From positions 1 to 56,243 of IMG/VR virus record IMGVR_UViG_3300009184_000053: DNA of 56,243 nt; one strand, given 5' to 3'. The notes under the pieces are model-generated. The model did not search any database, had not been told where the DNA came from, and saw only the letters and a program-made list of their open reading frames with translations. Within the stretch, counting starts at the first letter, position 1; every line of letters starts with the position of its first letter. Both the position numbers and the translations under genes were made by a program. Positions 17,991 to 27,496 of this stretch are shown one piece after another. This stretch comes from a virus. Lineage: Duplodnaviria > Caudoviricetes.

Positions 17991-18797
17991 GTGGGTCTAG
18001 TTTTATCCTATAATCAATACATAAATAACCAATTTATTTCAGAATCCCAAATAGGACCATTTTATAATGATGTTCTAAGTCCAGTTTTTTGGACTAAAAA
18101 AACAGACAAATCAGGAAAGATCTCATGGGAATTCGATCAGAGAGTAAGAAGAAAACTTCTTAGAATAGCTAATGAATTTTTTGAGAAGTTCGATGGAATA
18201 CTAAAGCAAAAGGATATTGTTGATGTTCAATTAACAGGTTCACTCTCAAATTATAATTACACCCCACTTTCAGATCTCGACGTCCACGTAATTGTTAATC
18301 TTGAAGGTATAGACGATGACAATCCAAAGATTCTAAAATCTGCTTTGGATGGAATAAGATTCGTTTGGAATCTTAGACATGATATAAAGATCAGAGGATA
18401 TGATGTAGAGCTATATGTTCAGGATGCTAAAGAACCCCATACTGCATCGGGTCTTTTTTCTTTACTTAATAATGAATGGATAAAAAATCCAATATTCGAT
18501 CCGCCAGAAATTGATGAAGCTGATGTGAATATGAAAGCTGATTCTTTAGCTTATGAGATAGATCAAATAGAAACAAAACTCCTTGTTACTACACTTCCAT
18601 CAAATGCTAAATCCCTTTATAAGAGAGGAATAAAATTGAAAGAGAAAATTCAGAAGATGAGGAAAGAATCATTAAGTAAAGACGGCGAATTTTCTATCGG
18701 TAATCTTGCCTTTAAGAAGCTTAGGAATGAAGGATATATAGAAAAACTTATAGATGCCATAGCAGAGGCTTATAATAAGATTTATACAGAAAAATAA
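17991..18797 (+). CDS. nucleotidyltransferase (Pol-beta superfamily)
   Basis: LTGSLSNYNY...SDLDVHV and DVELYVQ; start reassigned to GTG 17991, downstream of the hairpin. Confidence 0.8.
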   Translation: MGLVLSYNQYINNQFISESQIGPFYNDVLSPVFWTKKTDKSGKISWEFDQRVRRKLLRIANEFFEKFDGILKQKDIVDVQLTGSLSNYNYTPLSDLDVHVIVNLEGIDDDNPKILKSALDGIRFVWNLRHDIKIRGYDVELYVQDAKEPHTASGLFSLLNNEWIKNPIFDPPEIDEADVNMKADSLAYEIDQIETKLLVTTLPSNAKSLYKRGIKLKEKIQKMRKESLSKDGEFSIGNLAFKKLRNEGYIEKLIDAIAEAYNKIYTEK

Positions 18798-18805
18798 TAA
18801 TATAG

Positions 18806-21439
18806 ATGTTAGCACTTTACTCTTCAAAAGCAGTTTATAATAAAGGTGGGGATTTTCCATTAATATCAATATCCACTGATATGAAAGATGCCCAGGATAT
18901 GGATTTGACAGATTTCCAATGGTGGGCTTACTCTGAAGATTTTAAGGGATGGCTAAGTAAGCACCCTAGAGAATGGACAGCAGATTCTGTTGATACCTCT
19001 GTTTATTCTAAAACGTCATCACCAATAAACGAGAGTATCATAAAGGATAGGGCCTCTAATTTTTCAGATTTTATTTTAGAAAATGATCAAAGTTCGGATG
19101 ATGCATTGGCAAAAGATTCAATTAAATTTCATTATGCATATAACTCTTTGCTGGCTCAGAATAAAATCAAAGACAGTTTAAGTTTTTCTAACTCTGGAGG
19201 GGATTTGGCAGTTTTTATGATGATGAAAGACGATAATGGTCAACCATTAGATGAAACACTAAAGGCATTTAGAATGTCTCCTAGTGCTGGTGACACTAAC
19301 AAACTGGCTATTATGAATGTTAGTGAAACACTACCCGGTGGTAAATTACCAGACAATGCATCATCTGAGAGCATATTCCAAACAATAGCAGATAATAGTG
19401 GTAAGCTAGCTTTATGGGGTATTGGTGGACTAACCGTATTTGGTCTTTTAAAAGTTGCAGGTGGACTTGGTGGACTTTTTACTATAATAGGGCTTAGAAG
19501 AGTCACAAATGCTCTAAAGAATTTTGGAAAAGTTGTGCCTAAGGTTACTAAGCCTTCTAGAACAATAAAATACGTTAAAAGTTTATGGGGATTCGCTAGG
19601 GATCTAATAGTACTGAAAAGAACTAGACAAGCTGGTAAAATTATTAAGGATGCGACTTGGATAGCAAATGAGAGAGTTAGACTAGCAAGAGCTGCAGGGA
19701 AAACACGAAAACTTGTACTTGCAGGTAGATGGGCGGGCGGATTCGGGAAGGGATTACGTGCGGGTGAAAAAGTAGTAGCTCAAGCTGCTGGTAAGACTGG
19801 GGCAAAATTAGGATCTCGACTTATTCCCTATGTTGGTGAGGTTTTAATAGCTACTGATATAATCGCATCTTCTTGGAATTGGTGGAGCGGAAGACAAGCA
19901 CCAATGTATAGCGATCTTAAAAAAGAAAGCTGGATAAAAGATCACTTTAATCCAAAAGAAGTTGAAATTGGTAAAGCTATAACAGTTTGTTTTAGCCAGG
20001 GAAAGGGAGGAGCTAGCGGATTTTTATCGGGGTTATTTTTTAATGCAGATACAAGAACAACTATGGAGCTTGTAAAAATAGCAGAGAATGGGGGTTCATC
20101 TATTTTTATATTAGCCCAGATAAATTCTAAAGAAATGCAAAAAATGGTTGCTGAGAATGATATGACTCTTCTTAGTTTTAGCAACTCAAGGGATGTTAGA
20201 AGAGGGTATATCGATAATGATGACCTTAAATTCAAAATATCTTTTCAAAATGGTCTTTCCTCAGCTGAAAGTGTTCCCTCTATTTTTTCAGGATATTGTA
20301 GCTGGTCTGAGCTAATGTCAGCTTATGGTAATTCAGAAAGCCAGCTAATTACTGCTGATCCAAATGCTCCCGAGACATTTGATTTCAATTTTAAAGATTC
20401 TGAGAAAAATGTCATTAACGTTTCAGGAAAAAAAATAAGCTCAGATACATTAGCCAAACTAACAGACGATGAGTTAATGATCATATTCGGGGTAACCGAA
20501 ATTTCTAGCAGCGGGGTAAAGGAGCATAGAACTTTTAAAGAATTAAAAGACTCTGGGTATATTTTCGAAGGTGAAGTTATGAAATTTGGAGATTTTAATA
20601 ATAAAATTTCTGGAATTTTTGAAAATGATGACGAAAATACAGGAGACGTTGCTGTGTTAACACCCAAGCAAAAAAGCTCTCCTGCAGTAGTATCAGCATA
20701 CAATATAACTAAAAAAGAATACGCAAATCCTGAACTTATAGGTAAAGATGGATACGGAACTGGTAGTTTTATGAGTTTTCTTCTGGACGCAAAAGGATAT
20801 GGATCATCTGATGATGAGCAGATAGATGTTTTTATAAACACTGACGAGTTTTTAGATGATTGCAGAATGGGATTATATAAATATGATCCATCTGATAATG
20901 TAGCTTCAAATGATGATTCAGAGGATCAAACTGACGATCAAGTAGATAATCCTGATGATACTAAATTAAGCGATCTTGATGCTGATGGAAAAACTAAAAG
21001 AAAAACAGCTCCTTTAACTAGAGGTGGGGATGATGACGAAAGCAATGTTAGATATAGAGGTGGATCAGATGTCCCTGATTATGTTCCAGAACCGAAAAGC
21101 TCAGCAGATGATGTGAAGGCTAATCCGAGAGATGTTTCAGTTAGCTCCAATAGAAGATCAACTGAAATAGAGGACACTCCAATGCCAGGAGGGGTTAATA
21201 TCTTTGATAAGTTCTTGACATATAAAGAAAAAGAGATACTGAGTATATCAAATTGGAAGAACATTACCTTTGCAAAAGAAATACTTGATAGAGCAGGTAA
21301 TGTAATAGAAGTTAAGCTTAGCAACAAATATGCTTCATTTGGAGATAGAAAAAGAAGGTACAGTCCTCAGGACGGAGAATCATTTGAGATTGCCAGAAAT
21401 TTTGTAGAAGAGGTTAAAGATAGAATAAAATCCGAATAA
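18806..21439 (+). CDS. large putative internal virion/ejection protein with membrane-inserting segments
   Basis: Hydrophobic LALWGIGGLTVFGLLKVAGGLGGLFTIIGL, basic amphipathic region, RLIPYVG..LIATDI; several (I/L/F)xE sites; GATATATA at 18733. Confidence 0.6.
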   Translation: MLALYSSKAVYNKGGDFPLISISTDMKDAQDMDLTDFQWWAYSEDFKGWLSKHPREWTADSVDTSVYSKTSSPINESIIKDRASNFSDFILENDQSSDDALAKDSIKFHYAYNSLLAQNKIKDSLSFSNSGGDLAVFMMMKDDNGQPLDETLKAFRMSPSAGDTNKLAIMNVSETLPGGKLPDNASSESIFQTIADNSGKLALWGIGGLTVFGLLKVAGGLGGLFTIIGLRRVTNALKNFGKVVPKVTKPSRTIKYVKSLWGFARDLIVLKRTRQAGKIIKDATWIANERVRLARAAGKTRKLVLAGRWAGGFGKGLRAGEKVVAQAAGKTGAKLGSRLIPYVGEVLIATDIIASSWNWWSGRQAPMYSDLKKESWIKDHFNPKEVEIGKAITVCFSQGKGGASGFLSGLFFNADTRTTMELVKIAENGGSSIFILAQINSKEMQKMVAENDMTLLSFSNSRDVRRGYIDNDDLKFKISFQNGLSSAESVPSIFSGYCSWSELMSAYGNSESQLITADPNAPETFDFNFKDSEKNVINVSGKKISSDTLAKLTDDELMIIFGVTEISSSGVKEHRTFKELKDSGYIFEGEVMKFGDFNNKISGIFENDDENTGDVAVLTPKQKSSPAVVSAYNITKKEYANPELIGKDGYGTGSFMSFLLDAKGYGSSDDEQIDVFINTDEFLDDCRMGLYKYDPSDNVASNDDSEDQTDDQVDNPDDTKLSDLDADGKTKRKTAPLTRGGDDDESNVRYRGGSDVPDYVPEPKSSADDVKANPRDVSVSSNRRSTEIEDTPMPGGVNIFDKFLTYKEKEILSISNWKNITFAKEILDRAGNVIEVKLSNKYASFGDRKRRYSPQDGESFEIARNFVEEVKDRIKSE

Positions 21440-21465
21440 AATCACAAAAAATTAAATCGGACATT

Positions 21466-21473
21466 GATATATA
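21466..21473 (+). promoter_or_regulatory. putative late promoter GATATATA
   Basis: Recurrent motif, upstream of the protease gene. Confidence 0.6.
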
Positions 21474-21500
21474 AGTAATATAGAAAAAGTATAAAAAAGC

Positions 21501-23474
21501 ATGCCTAGAGTAAATGATAATATATTGAATGAACAAATGGTGTTCATCTTGGAGAAACAAGAGCATATACTTGAATCCAAAAAATCTGCAGGGAACGAAT
21601 ATGTTCTTGAAGGAATTGCAGCTGTATTTGGTAAAGAGAACAATAATCATAGAATCTATGAGGAGAAGGAATATCTTCCTCATTTAGATTATTTAAAGGA
21701 TAAGATATCTCAGAAAAGATTGGTTGGTGAATTGGATCATCCTGAAAAATTCGACGTTTCACTTAAGAACATTTCTCATTTAATAACAGATCTTACCCAT
21801 GATAAAGGTGATAGAACTCTAAAAATAAAGGTTAAGCTTTTGGATACTCCTGCTGGAGATATCGCAAAAAAACTTGTTGATGCTGGTGTTCCTTTATCTA
21901 TATCATCAAGAGCAGCAGGTTCTGTTGGTAACGATAAGAAGGTTCAGATTAAAAAAATCTTCACTTATGATTTAGTTGCTGATCCAGGATTTCAAAATGC
22001 ACAGCTTGAAAGAGTCTATGAAAGTGCAGGATTTAGCACAGAAGAATATGAAAACTACAGATCTAATAGCGTAATTAACAGCTTAATTTGCTTAAATGAG
22101 TCTTTAGGAATAGAAAATGAATCTTCTTTGAAGATATATAAAGTCGATAACAACGAAGAGTTTTACAATATTATAAATAAAACAGACAATAAAAATAAGA
22201 AAGCCCTTATGGAGAATAACGAATTTGTTACCGCGGACGAGCTTAATAAATATTCAGTTTTCTTGAAAAAAGAAATGGATGCTATGAAAGCTACTATCGT
22301 GGATTTAAAAGAACAAAAGGAAGCCCTTAGAGAATCAGTAGAATCTAGTAATGATACCTACGAATTAGAATCAAGGGTTGCTAAACTTGAAAAGTATTCT
22401 GAATACTTAGCAGAGAATTTGGAGAATGCTATTAAATATGGCGAATATCTATCAGAAAATCTAGATAACAGTATCACTTATAGCAAGTACTTAGCAGAGA
22501 ATCTTGATAAGACAATTTCTTATTCTAAATACTTAGCAGAGAATGTTGATAGATCAATATCTTATTCTGAGTATGTTGCTGAGAATGTTGATAATAACAT
22601 AGAATACTCTAAGTATATCGCGGAAAAATTAGATCAGAATATCCAATATTCTGAGTACTTAGCTGAGAATGTAGATAAGGGAATTTCTTATTCTGAATAC
22701 TTAGCAGAGAACTTGGATAAAGGTATTGCTTATAGCGAATATTTAGCTGAAAAAGTAAACAACGGTATTGAATATACTGAATATGTAGCAGAAAATCTAA
22801 ACAGAGGTATAGAGTATTCTGACTATTTAGCAGAAAATTTAAACAAAGGAATTGATTATTCTGAGTACTTAGCAGAAAAACTTAATAGATCAATCTCTTA
22901 TAGCGAGTATATCGCAGAATCAATGGAAAGAAACGCACCTTATAGCGACCAAACAAGCTTAAGAGAAAGTGCGGAATTCACAGCAGACTCTGATCTTAAC
23001 GAATCAGGATTTGCAGGAAGCTATGATGATCTTTCTTTTAAAATCGACTCTCTTATTGAATCAGTTCAAACCAAAAAAACTGAGGAGAATATAAACGAAG
23101 CTGCTAACAGATTTGCAGCGACAGCCAAAAAACAAAAGGCAGCAGAATCACTTAACGAATCAGAGAACATTAACGAAACGGGTATCAAGTTTATAGACGA
23201 AATCCCTGAAGAGTATGCTCAGGTTTGGGAATCTTTATCTGAAGGACACAAGCAATCAATTATTGCTCAATCAAGCTTCTACAGATTGGATACTCCATAC
23301 CAGATCAAAAACTTCTGGTCAACACGTCAACTTGGAACTAGCCCAGTTGGTCTTCAAAAACTTCATGAAAGTGAAGAGGTTTCAAACAACCCATCTCAAG
23401 CAACACAAGCTTATTCATCAGATTACATGAATTACATAGCTTCTGCTTTAGAGAAAAAGTTTACAAACAGATAA
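21501..23474 (+). CDS. gp21: prohead protease (T4 gp21-like) fused to scaffold/core protein (gp22-like)
   Basis: LEGI...N.NHRIY, GELDHP, ISHLI, LLDTPAG, ISSRAAGS, TYDLVADPGF; C-terminal coiled-coil repeats; lies directly before the MCP. Confidence 0.9.
   Translation: MPRVNDNILNEQMVFILEKQEHILESKKSAGNEYVLEGIAAVFGKENNNHRIYEEKEYLPHLDYLKDKISQKRLVGELDHPEKFDVSLKNISHLITDLTHDKGDRTLKIKVKLLDTPAGDIAKKLVDAGVPLSISSRAAGSVGNDKKVQIKKIFTYDLVADPGFQNAQLERVYESAGFSTEEYENYRSNSVINSLICLNESLGIENESSLKIYKVDNNEEFYNIINKTDNKNKKALMENNEFVTADELNKYSVFLKKEMDAMKATIVDLKEQKEALRESVESSNDTYELESRVAKLEKYSEYLAENLENAIKYGEYLSENLDNSITYSKYLAENLDKTISYSKYLAENVDRSISYSEYVAENVDNNIEYSKYIAEKLDQNIQYSEYLAENVDKGISYSEYLAENLDKGIAYSEYLAEKVNNGIEYTEYVAENLNRGIEYSDYLAENLNKGIDYSEYLAEKLNRSISYSEYIAESMERNAPYSDQTSLRESAEFTADSDLNESGFAGSYDDLSFKIDSLIESVQTKKTEENINEAANRFAATAKKQKAAESLNESENINETGIKFIDEIPEEYAQVWESLSEGHKQSIIAQSSFYRLDTPYQIKNFWSTRQLGTSPVGLQKLHESEEVSNNPSQATQAYSSDYMNYIASALEKKFTNR
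22209..23474 (+). CDS. putative nested in-frame scaffold protein (internal start MENNEFVTADELN)
   Basis: GATATATA at 22133 and an A-rich leader precede an in-frame ATG at the protease/scaffold boundary. Confidence 0.55.
   Translation: MENNEFVTADELNKYSVFLKKEMDAMKATIVDLKEQKEALRESVESSNDTYELESRVAKLEKYSEYLAENLENAIKYGEYLSENLDNSITYSKYLAENLDKTISYSKYLAENVDRSISYSEYVAENVDNNIEYSKYIAEKLDQNIQYSEYLAENVDKGISYSEYLAENLDKGIAYSEYLAEKVNNGIEYTEYVAENLNRGIEYSDYLAENLNKGIDYSEYLAEKLNRSISYSEYIAESMERNAPYSDQTSLRESAEFTADSDLNESGFAGSYDDLSFKIDSLIESVQTKKTEENINEAANRFAATAKKQKAAESLNESENINETGIKFIDEIPEEYAQVWESLSEGHKQSIIAQSSFYRLDTPYQIKNFWSTRQLGTSPVGLQKLHESEEVSNNPSQATQAYSSDYMNYIASALEKKFTNR
22395..22919 (+). repeat. coding tandem repeat, 13 x 42 bp (14 aa: YSEYLAENLDKGIx)
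   Basis: Counted directly; exact 42-nt period. Confidence 0.9.
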
Positions 23475-23500
23475 AAAACAAAAAAAAATAAACACAAATC

Positions 23501-25249
23501 ATGAAATTGATTAACGAACAAGAAATCTATAGTACTTGGGCGCCTCTAATCGAGAGCAAAGCAGGTATTACAGATGAAAGCAAAAAAGGATGGTTGACTA
23601 AATATTGTCACTACCATTCATTAAACGAATCTGCTGGTGCTTACAACACTTTAGGTGTAGTAAACGGTATGGGTGCTGTACAAGCTCCTTTATTCCCAGG
23701 CGCTAGCTACGGTATTGGTACTGCTTCTACAAGTGCTAATGCTAACTTCTACAACACTGGATATCAAGGTTCAGGCGATAAATTCCCTTCATTACTTCCG
23801 TTGGCTATTCAGGTAGCTGCGAAGACTGTTGGTTTTGATATCGTTCCTGTTATCCCAATGTCTGGTCCTACTGGTATCTTATCATACCTTGACTACGTAT
23901 ACGCTGGTGGTAAAATCGCTGGTGCTACTTCAGGTACTTCAGGTGCTGATTTAGCTGATTCTCCTACAATGATTAAGTTCTCTGCAGGTACAACTGCTGC
24001 TTCTTCAACTGCAGTAAGCACAGGTATCACTGGTTTCAATAGTGCTGCAGTAGGTACAACTTACTATATCGGTGCTACTGGTACTGTTACTTCTTATAGT
24101 CAACATATCACTGCTAAATTCGTAGGTTTATCAAGAATAGATGGTAGTCCAATTTACCAAATCACAAACATCGGTGACGGTTGGAACGTTGCTTCTGTAG
24201 TAGTTGCTGGATCTTTAGTATCTTCATCTACAACAGTTAGTACTGCAAACGCAGTTGGTGTTGTCACTTCAACAGCCTCTCTAGTTAAAGGTCTTGAAGA
24301 TCATATCCAAGGTTTCTCTGGTGCTGGTTTCAACAACGATCAAAACTGGCAAGGACCATACGTTGATGGTACTAAGACTTACAACCCAATGTTAAGAGCG
24401 GTTGGAGAATCTACATACTACAACTCAATGGGTCTTTCGACTTTCACTAAGTTCGTAGAAGCTGAGACTTTCCAAGTTGCTGCTTCTGTTACAACTGAGC
24501 AAATCCAAGATTTGAATAAGCAATTCGGTATCGATGTGATTTCAATGATTGAAAACGCTCTTGTTAACGAGGTTTCTCAAGCTATCAACAAGCACATCCT
24601 TGCTAGAGCATTCGCTTTAGGTTGGTCTAACCACATCACATTTAACAACGTTGATGGACAAAACTTGAACTTAAACTTGTCTACTTCAGCTGCTTCAGCT
24701 ACTGCTGCTTACGTAGGTAAAGAGGACACTGGAGTTTCTTTAGCAGTTCCTGGTCAAATCGCAACAAACAACTTTGAGAACCAATCAACTTTACAAAGAA
24801 GATTATTCTCTAGAATCCTTGCTGCTGCTAACGTAGTTGCTAACAGAGGTAGAAGAGGACCTGCTAACTTCATCGTTACTAACTCTCAAATCGCTTCTGC
24901 TTTACAAGACATTAGCCAGTTCACATTCGCTCCATTCTCTAACACTTTGACTCAAAATAACGGTACATTATACCCTGTAGGTTCACTTGCTGGTATGACT
25001 GTTTACGTAGATCAGAACATGAACTACGCTGATACTAGAATCTGTGTTGGTAGAAAAGGTGGTGATGACGAACCAGGTCTTAAGTTTATGCCTTACATGA
25101 TGGCTGAATCAATTCAGACTATCTCTGAAGGTACAATGTCTCCTAAGATTGCAGTTAAATCTAGATACGCTCTAGTTGAAGCTGGCTTCTTACCAGAAAC
25201 AATGTATCTTACGTTCTTCGTAAACATCCCATCAGGTGGTATAGTTTAA
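23501..25249 (+). CDS. gp23: major capsid protein (T4 gp23-like)
   Basis: DIVPVIPMSGPTG, T.EQIQDL..QFGID, NEVSQAINK.IL, RRGPANFIV, G.LAG..VYVD, FMPY, PKIAVKSRYAL; strong codon bias. Confidence 0.95.
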   Translation: MKLINEQEIYSTWAPLIESKAGITDESKKGWLTKYCHYHSLNESAGAYNTLGVVNGMGAVQAPLFPGASYGIGTASTSANANFYNTGYQGSGDKFPSLLPLAIQVAAKTVGFDIVPVIPMSGPTGILSYLDYVYAGGKIAGATSGTSGADLADSPTMIKFSAGTTAASSTAVSTGITGFNSAAVGTTYYIGATGTVTSYSQHITAKFVGLSRIDGSPIYQITNIGDGWNVASVVVAGSLVSSSTTVSTANAVGVVTSTASLVKGLEDHIQGFSGAGFNNDQNWQGPYVDGTKTYNPMLRAVGESTYYNSMGLSTFTKFVEAETFQVAASVTTEQIQDLNKQFGIDVISMIENALVNEVSQAINKHILARAFALGWSNHITFNNVDGQNLNLNLSTSAASATAAYVGKEDTGVSLAVPGQIATNNFENQSTLQRRLFSRILAAANVVANRGRRGPANFIVTNSQIASALQDISQFTFAPFSNTLTQNNGTLYPVGSLAGMTVYVDQNMNYADTRICVGRKGGDDEPGLKFMPYMMAESIQTISEGTMSPKIAVKSRYALVEAGFLPETMYLTFFVNIPSGGIV

Positions 25250-25267
25250 TCATTAAACTAAACATAC

Positions 25268-25297
25268 AAAAAACCCTAAGGCGACTTAGGGTTTTTT
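25268..25297 (+). terminator. rho-independent terminator
   Basis: AAAAAACCCTAAG-GCGA-CTTAGGGTTTTTT (GNRA loop). Confidence 0.9.
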
Positions 25298-25354
25298 ATT
25301 TGCCCTTTTTAAAAGGATTTTCTATTTTATTGCTTAGATAAAAAACTAGAAAAG

Positions 25355-25362
25355 GATATATA
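25355..25362 (+). promoter_or_regulatory. putative late promoter GATATATA
   Basis: Recurrent motif. Confidence 0.6.
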
Positions 25363-25390
25363 CAAGGTAAAATTAGAACAGAGCAGTAAT

Positions 25391-26533
25391 ATGAAAAATA
25401 TCCCCTCTTTTAACGAGTTTAAAAAATACGATCATCTTTTAGAATCTTCTGATGATTTATTAAGGAAAGAATTTAATGAATTAGAGAGATTAGAAATTTC
25501 TTATAACCTAAACGAGGGAAGTGCTTTAGATTCTATAAAAAGTTCTTTATCTAAATTCTTTTTGGGTCCTTTGTCTAAAACTGGTATGATAGACGAGACA
25601 AGAAAGATTATGATTGATCTAGAGATTGACCTAATAGAACAGAAGTACTCTATCGAGAAAGAAATAGAAAATATTAACGACCAAATAAGTGGTTTATCAA
25701 GATCATCAGAGAAAGAGAAATATACAGCTTTAGTTAAGGATAAGGAATCTAAAATTAAGCAGATTGAAACCTATATTAAATCGCAAAGATTAAAGATAAA
25801 AAAGTGTCAGGAACACATAAGAAATCTTATAGGTAAAAGTGAAAGAAGAAGAGAATATTACGAAACTGGCAGAGCGGAGGATGAAATAACAATAGCAGAA
25901 TTTGAATATCAATTAGCTAAATCAGAAGCAGATTCTTCTGAAATTAGAAAATATGAAGAAAAAATAGCTGCTGCTAGAAAAGAAGCTGCCGAGAAAGCTG
26001 AGAAATTTGAGGATGATTTAAAAGCAAGCTCTGAGATAGAATCTGAAGAGCCTGTCGAGCGAGTGGATGCGGAGAAGGAGAAGAAGAAAGTTTCTTCTAG
26101 AAAAGGATCTGATATTATAAAAAGAAAAAATGATTTGCAGAAAGAGATCATAGATTTGAAATCAGATCTTGAAAGGAAGCTTAAGACCCTACAAAAAAGA
26201 ATAGAAAAAGGAAACGGTAAAGCATCAGTTTCATACGTTAATAAGATGAGAATTCAACTTCTTGAATTAACATCTACACTTGATGCCAAAGTTAATCTTT
26301 TAAATGCTTTTAAGGAATTAGGGGGAAGCGAGAAAGAAATAACTTCTAAGGTTGCTAAAGAGACTGAGTTTTCTAAATTAGCAAGTAAGATTAATAGCGG
26401 AATAGTAGATGGCCAGGATGCTAATACAGGAACTAAAAAAATAATAGGATCTATTTTTTCAACGAATTCTAAAAATGGAACTGGTGAGGTAAAGATTGAA
26501 AAATTAAAAGATGCTATTAAGAAAATTCAATAG
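25391..26533 (+). CDS. coiled-coil putative internal head protein, paralog of 26561..27496
   Basis: N-terminus MKNIPSFNEF, LNE/G site; shares IG..R..YY/W....A....I.E..Y..AK...DSS with the next ORF. Confidence 0.7.
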   Translation: MKNIPSFNEFKKYDHLLESSDDLLRKEFNELERLEISYNLNEGSALDSIKSSLSKFFLGPLSKTGMIDETRKIMIDLEIDLIEQKYSIEKEIENINDQISGLSRSSEKEKYTALVKDKESKIKQIETYIKSQRLKIKKCQEHIRNLIGKSERRREYYETGRAEDEITIAEFEYQLAKSEADSSEIRKYEEKIAAARKEAAEKAEKFEDDLKASSEIESEEPVERVDAEKEKKKVSSRKGSDIIKRKNDLQKEIIDLKSDLERKLKTLQKRIEKGNGKASVSYVNKMRIQLLELTSTLDAKVNLLNAFKELGGSEKEITSKVAKETEFSKLASKINSGIVDGQDANTGTKKIIGSIFSTNSKNGTGEVKIEKLKDAIKKIQ

Positions 26534-26560
26534 AGTTATAAATTAAGTACCCAATATATA

Positions 26561-27496
26561 ATGACCTTATTAAAATTTAAAGAGTGGAATAGAGTAGATG
26601 AATCAAAGATTAGCGATAAGCTTAAGAATTGGTTTAGTGGAGCTTTCGGCGGGGCTATACATAAGCTTGATTCACTTCTATCAGAATATAAAACTTCAGA
26701 GCTAAGATTTGTTGACGAGTGGGATGAGGTTAAAACTGAGATTGATTCTTTATCTTTGGAAAGATCCCAAAAAAGAAGCGATCCTGCTGATGCTAAAAGA
26801 ATTGACAGAATGATTGATAGAAATCAAGCAATAATTCCGGCAGCAACTAAAGCTAAAGAGAAGAAGAGTGAGGAAGTTATGTTGAAAGCTAAAAATATTA
26901 TAGGAGATAATAAAAGACTTCAGAGCTATTGGGATACTAAAAAAGCTACGGTTGATTCTGAGATATCTGAAGAGATGTATAGAAGGGCTAAAAGATTAAC
27001 AGATTCAAGTTTAGCCGATGATCTTTATAGTAAGTATAAAAAAGCAGTAACTAAGGCAAAAGAAAAAGATGAAGCTTTTAAAGAGGAATATGGGGATTAT
27101 TCTTTTGGTAGAGTCCCTTCATATACTCCTGAAAGATCTTATGGATCTTATTTTGATATAGCTAAAAGATCAACTCCGGTTGATTCTGTCGGAGGTATGG
27201 AATCTAGTTTTGAGTTTCTTTCTAAATTATCAGTAGTCGAATTTGCAGAAGCAATTAAGGGATTCCCTAGGGATCAAGCTAAAAAACTTGCAATTTTTCT
27301 AATAAATGAAAGGAATGATAGATATGTTTCAATGGATATGGAAAGAGACCTTTTAAATACAGAGGTTGAAAAAAATCCAAATGATCATAAAACTAGAGAG
27401 TATGCCTCTAAAAAAATAAAAGAGATCAGAGAAAAATATATGGCTGAGATCAGAGATCTAAGATCCAAAATAACAATAATAAAAAGATATGCTTAA
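26561..27496 (+). CDS. coiled-coil putative internal head protein, paralog of 25391..26533
   Basis: N-terminus MTLLKFKEW..VDE/S, followed by an amphipathic helix. Confidence 0.7.
   Translation: MTLLKFKEWNRVDESKISDKLKNWFSGAFGGAIHKLDSLLSEYKTSELRFVDEWDEVKTEIDSLSLERSQKRSDPADAKRIDRMIDRNQAIIPAATKAKEKKSEEVMLKAKNIIGDNKRLQSYWDTKKATVDSEISEEMYRRAKRLTDSSLADDLYSKYKKAVTKAKEKDEAFKEEYGDYSFGRVPSYTPERSYGSYFDIAKRSTPVDSVGGMESSFEFLSKLSVVEFAEAIKGFPRDQAKKLAIFLINERNDRYVSMDMERDLLNTEVEKNPNDHKTREYASKKIKEIREKYMAEIRDLRSKITIIKRYA

Noticed and set aside
22395-22919. Regular 42-bp periodicity as a possible CRISPR array
   Set aside because: There are no unique spacers; the period is a multiple of 3, variation is largely at codon level, and it lies inside an intact ORF.
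23474-23500. A-runs upstream of the MCP as a slippage site fusing scaffold and capsid
   Set aside because: The run lies after the scaffold stop codon and matches the A-rich translation leaders used throughout the window.
25250-25390. Intergenic gaps (also 34089-34189, 51359-51445, 54816-54917) as possible tRNA or ncRNA loci
   Set aside because: They are short, very AT-rich and fully explained by terminator plus promoter motifs; no cloverleaf or T-loop signature is visible.
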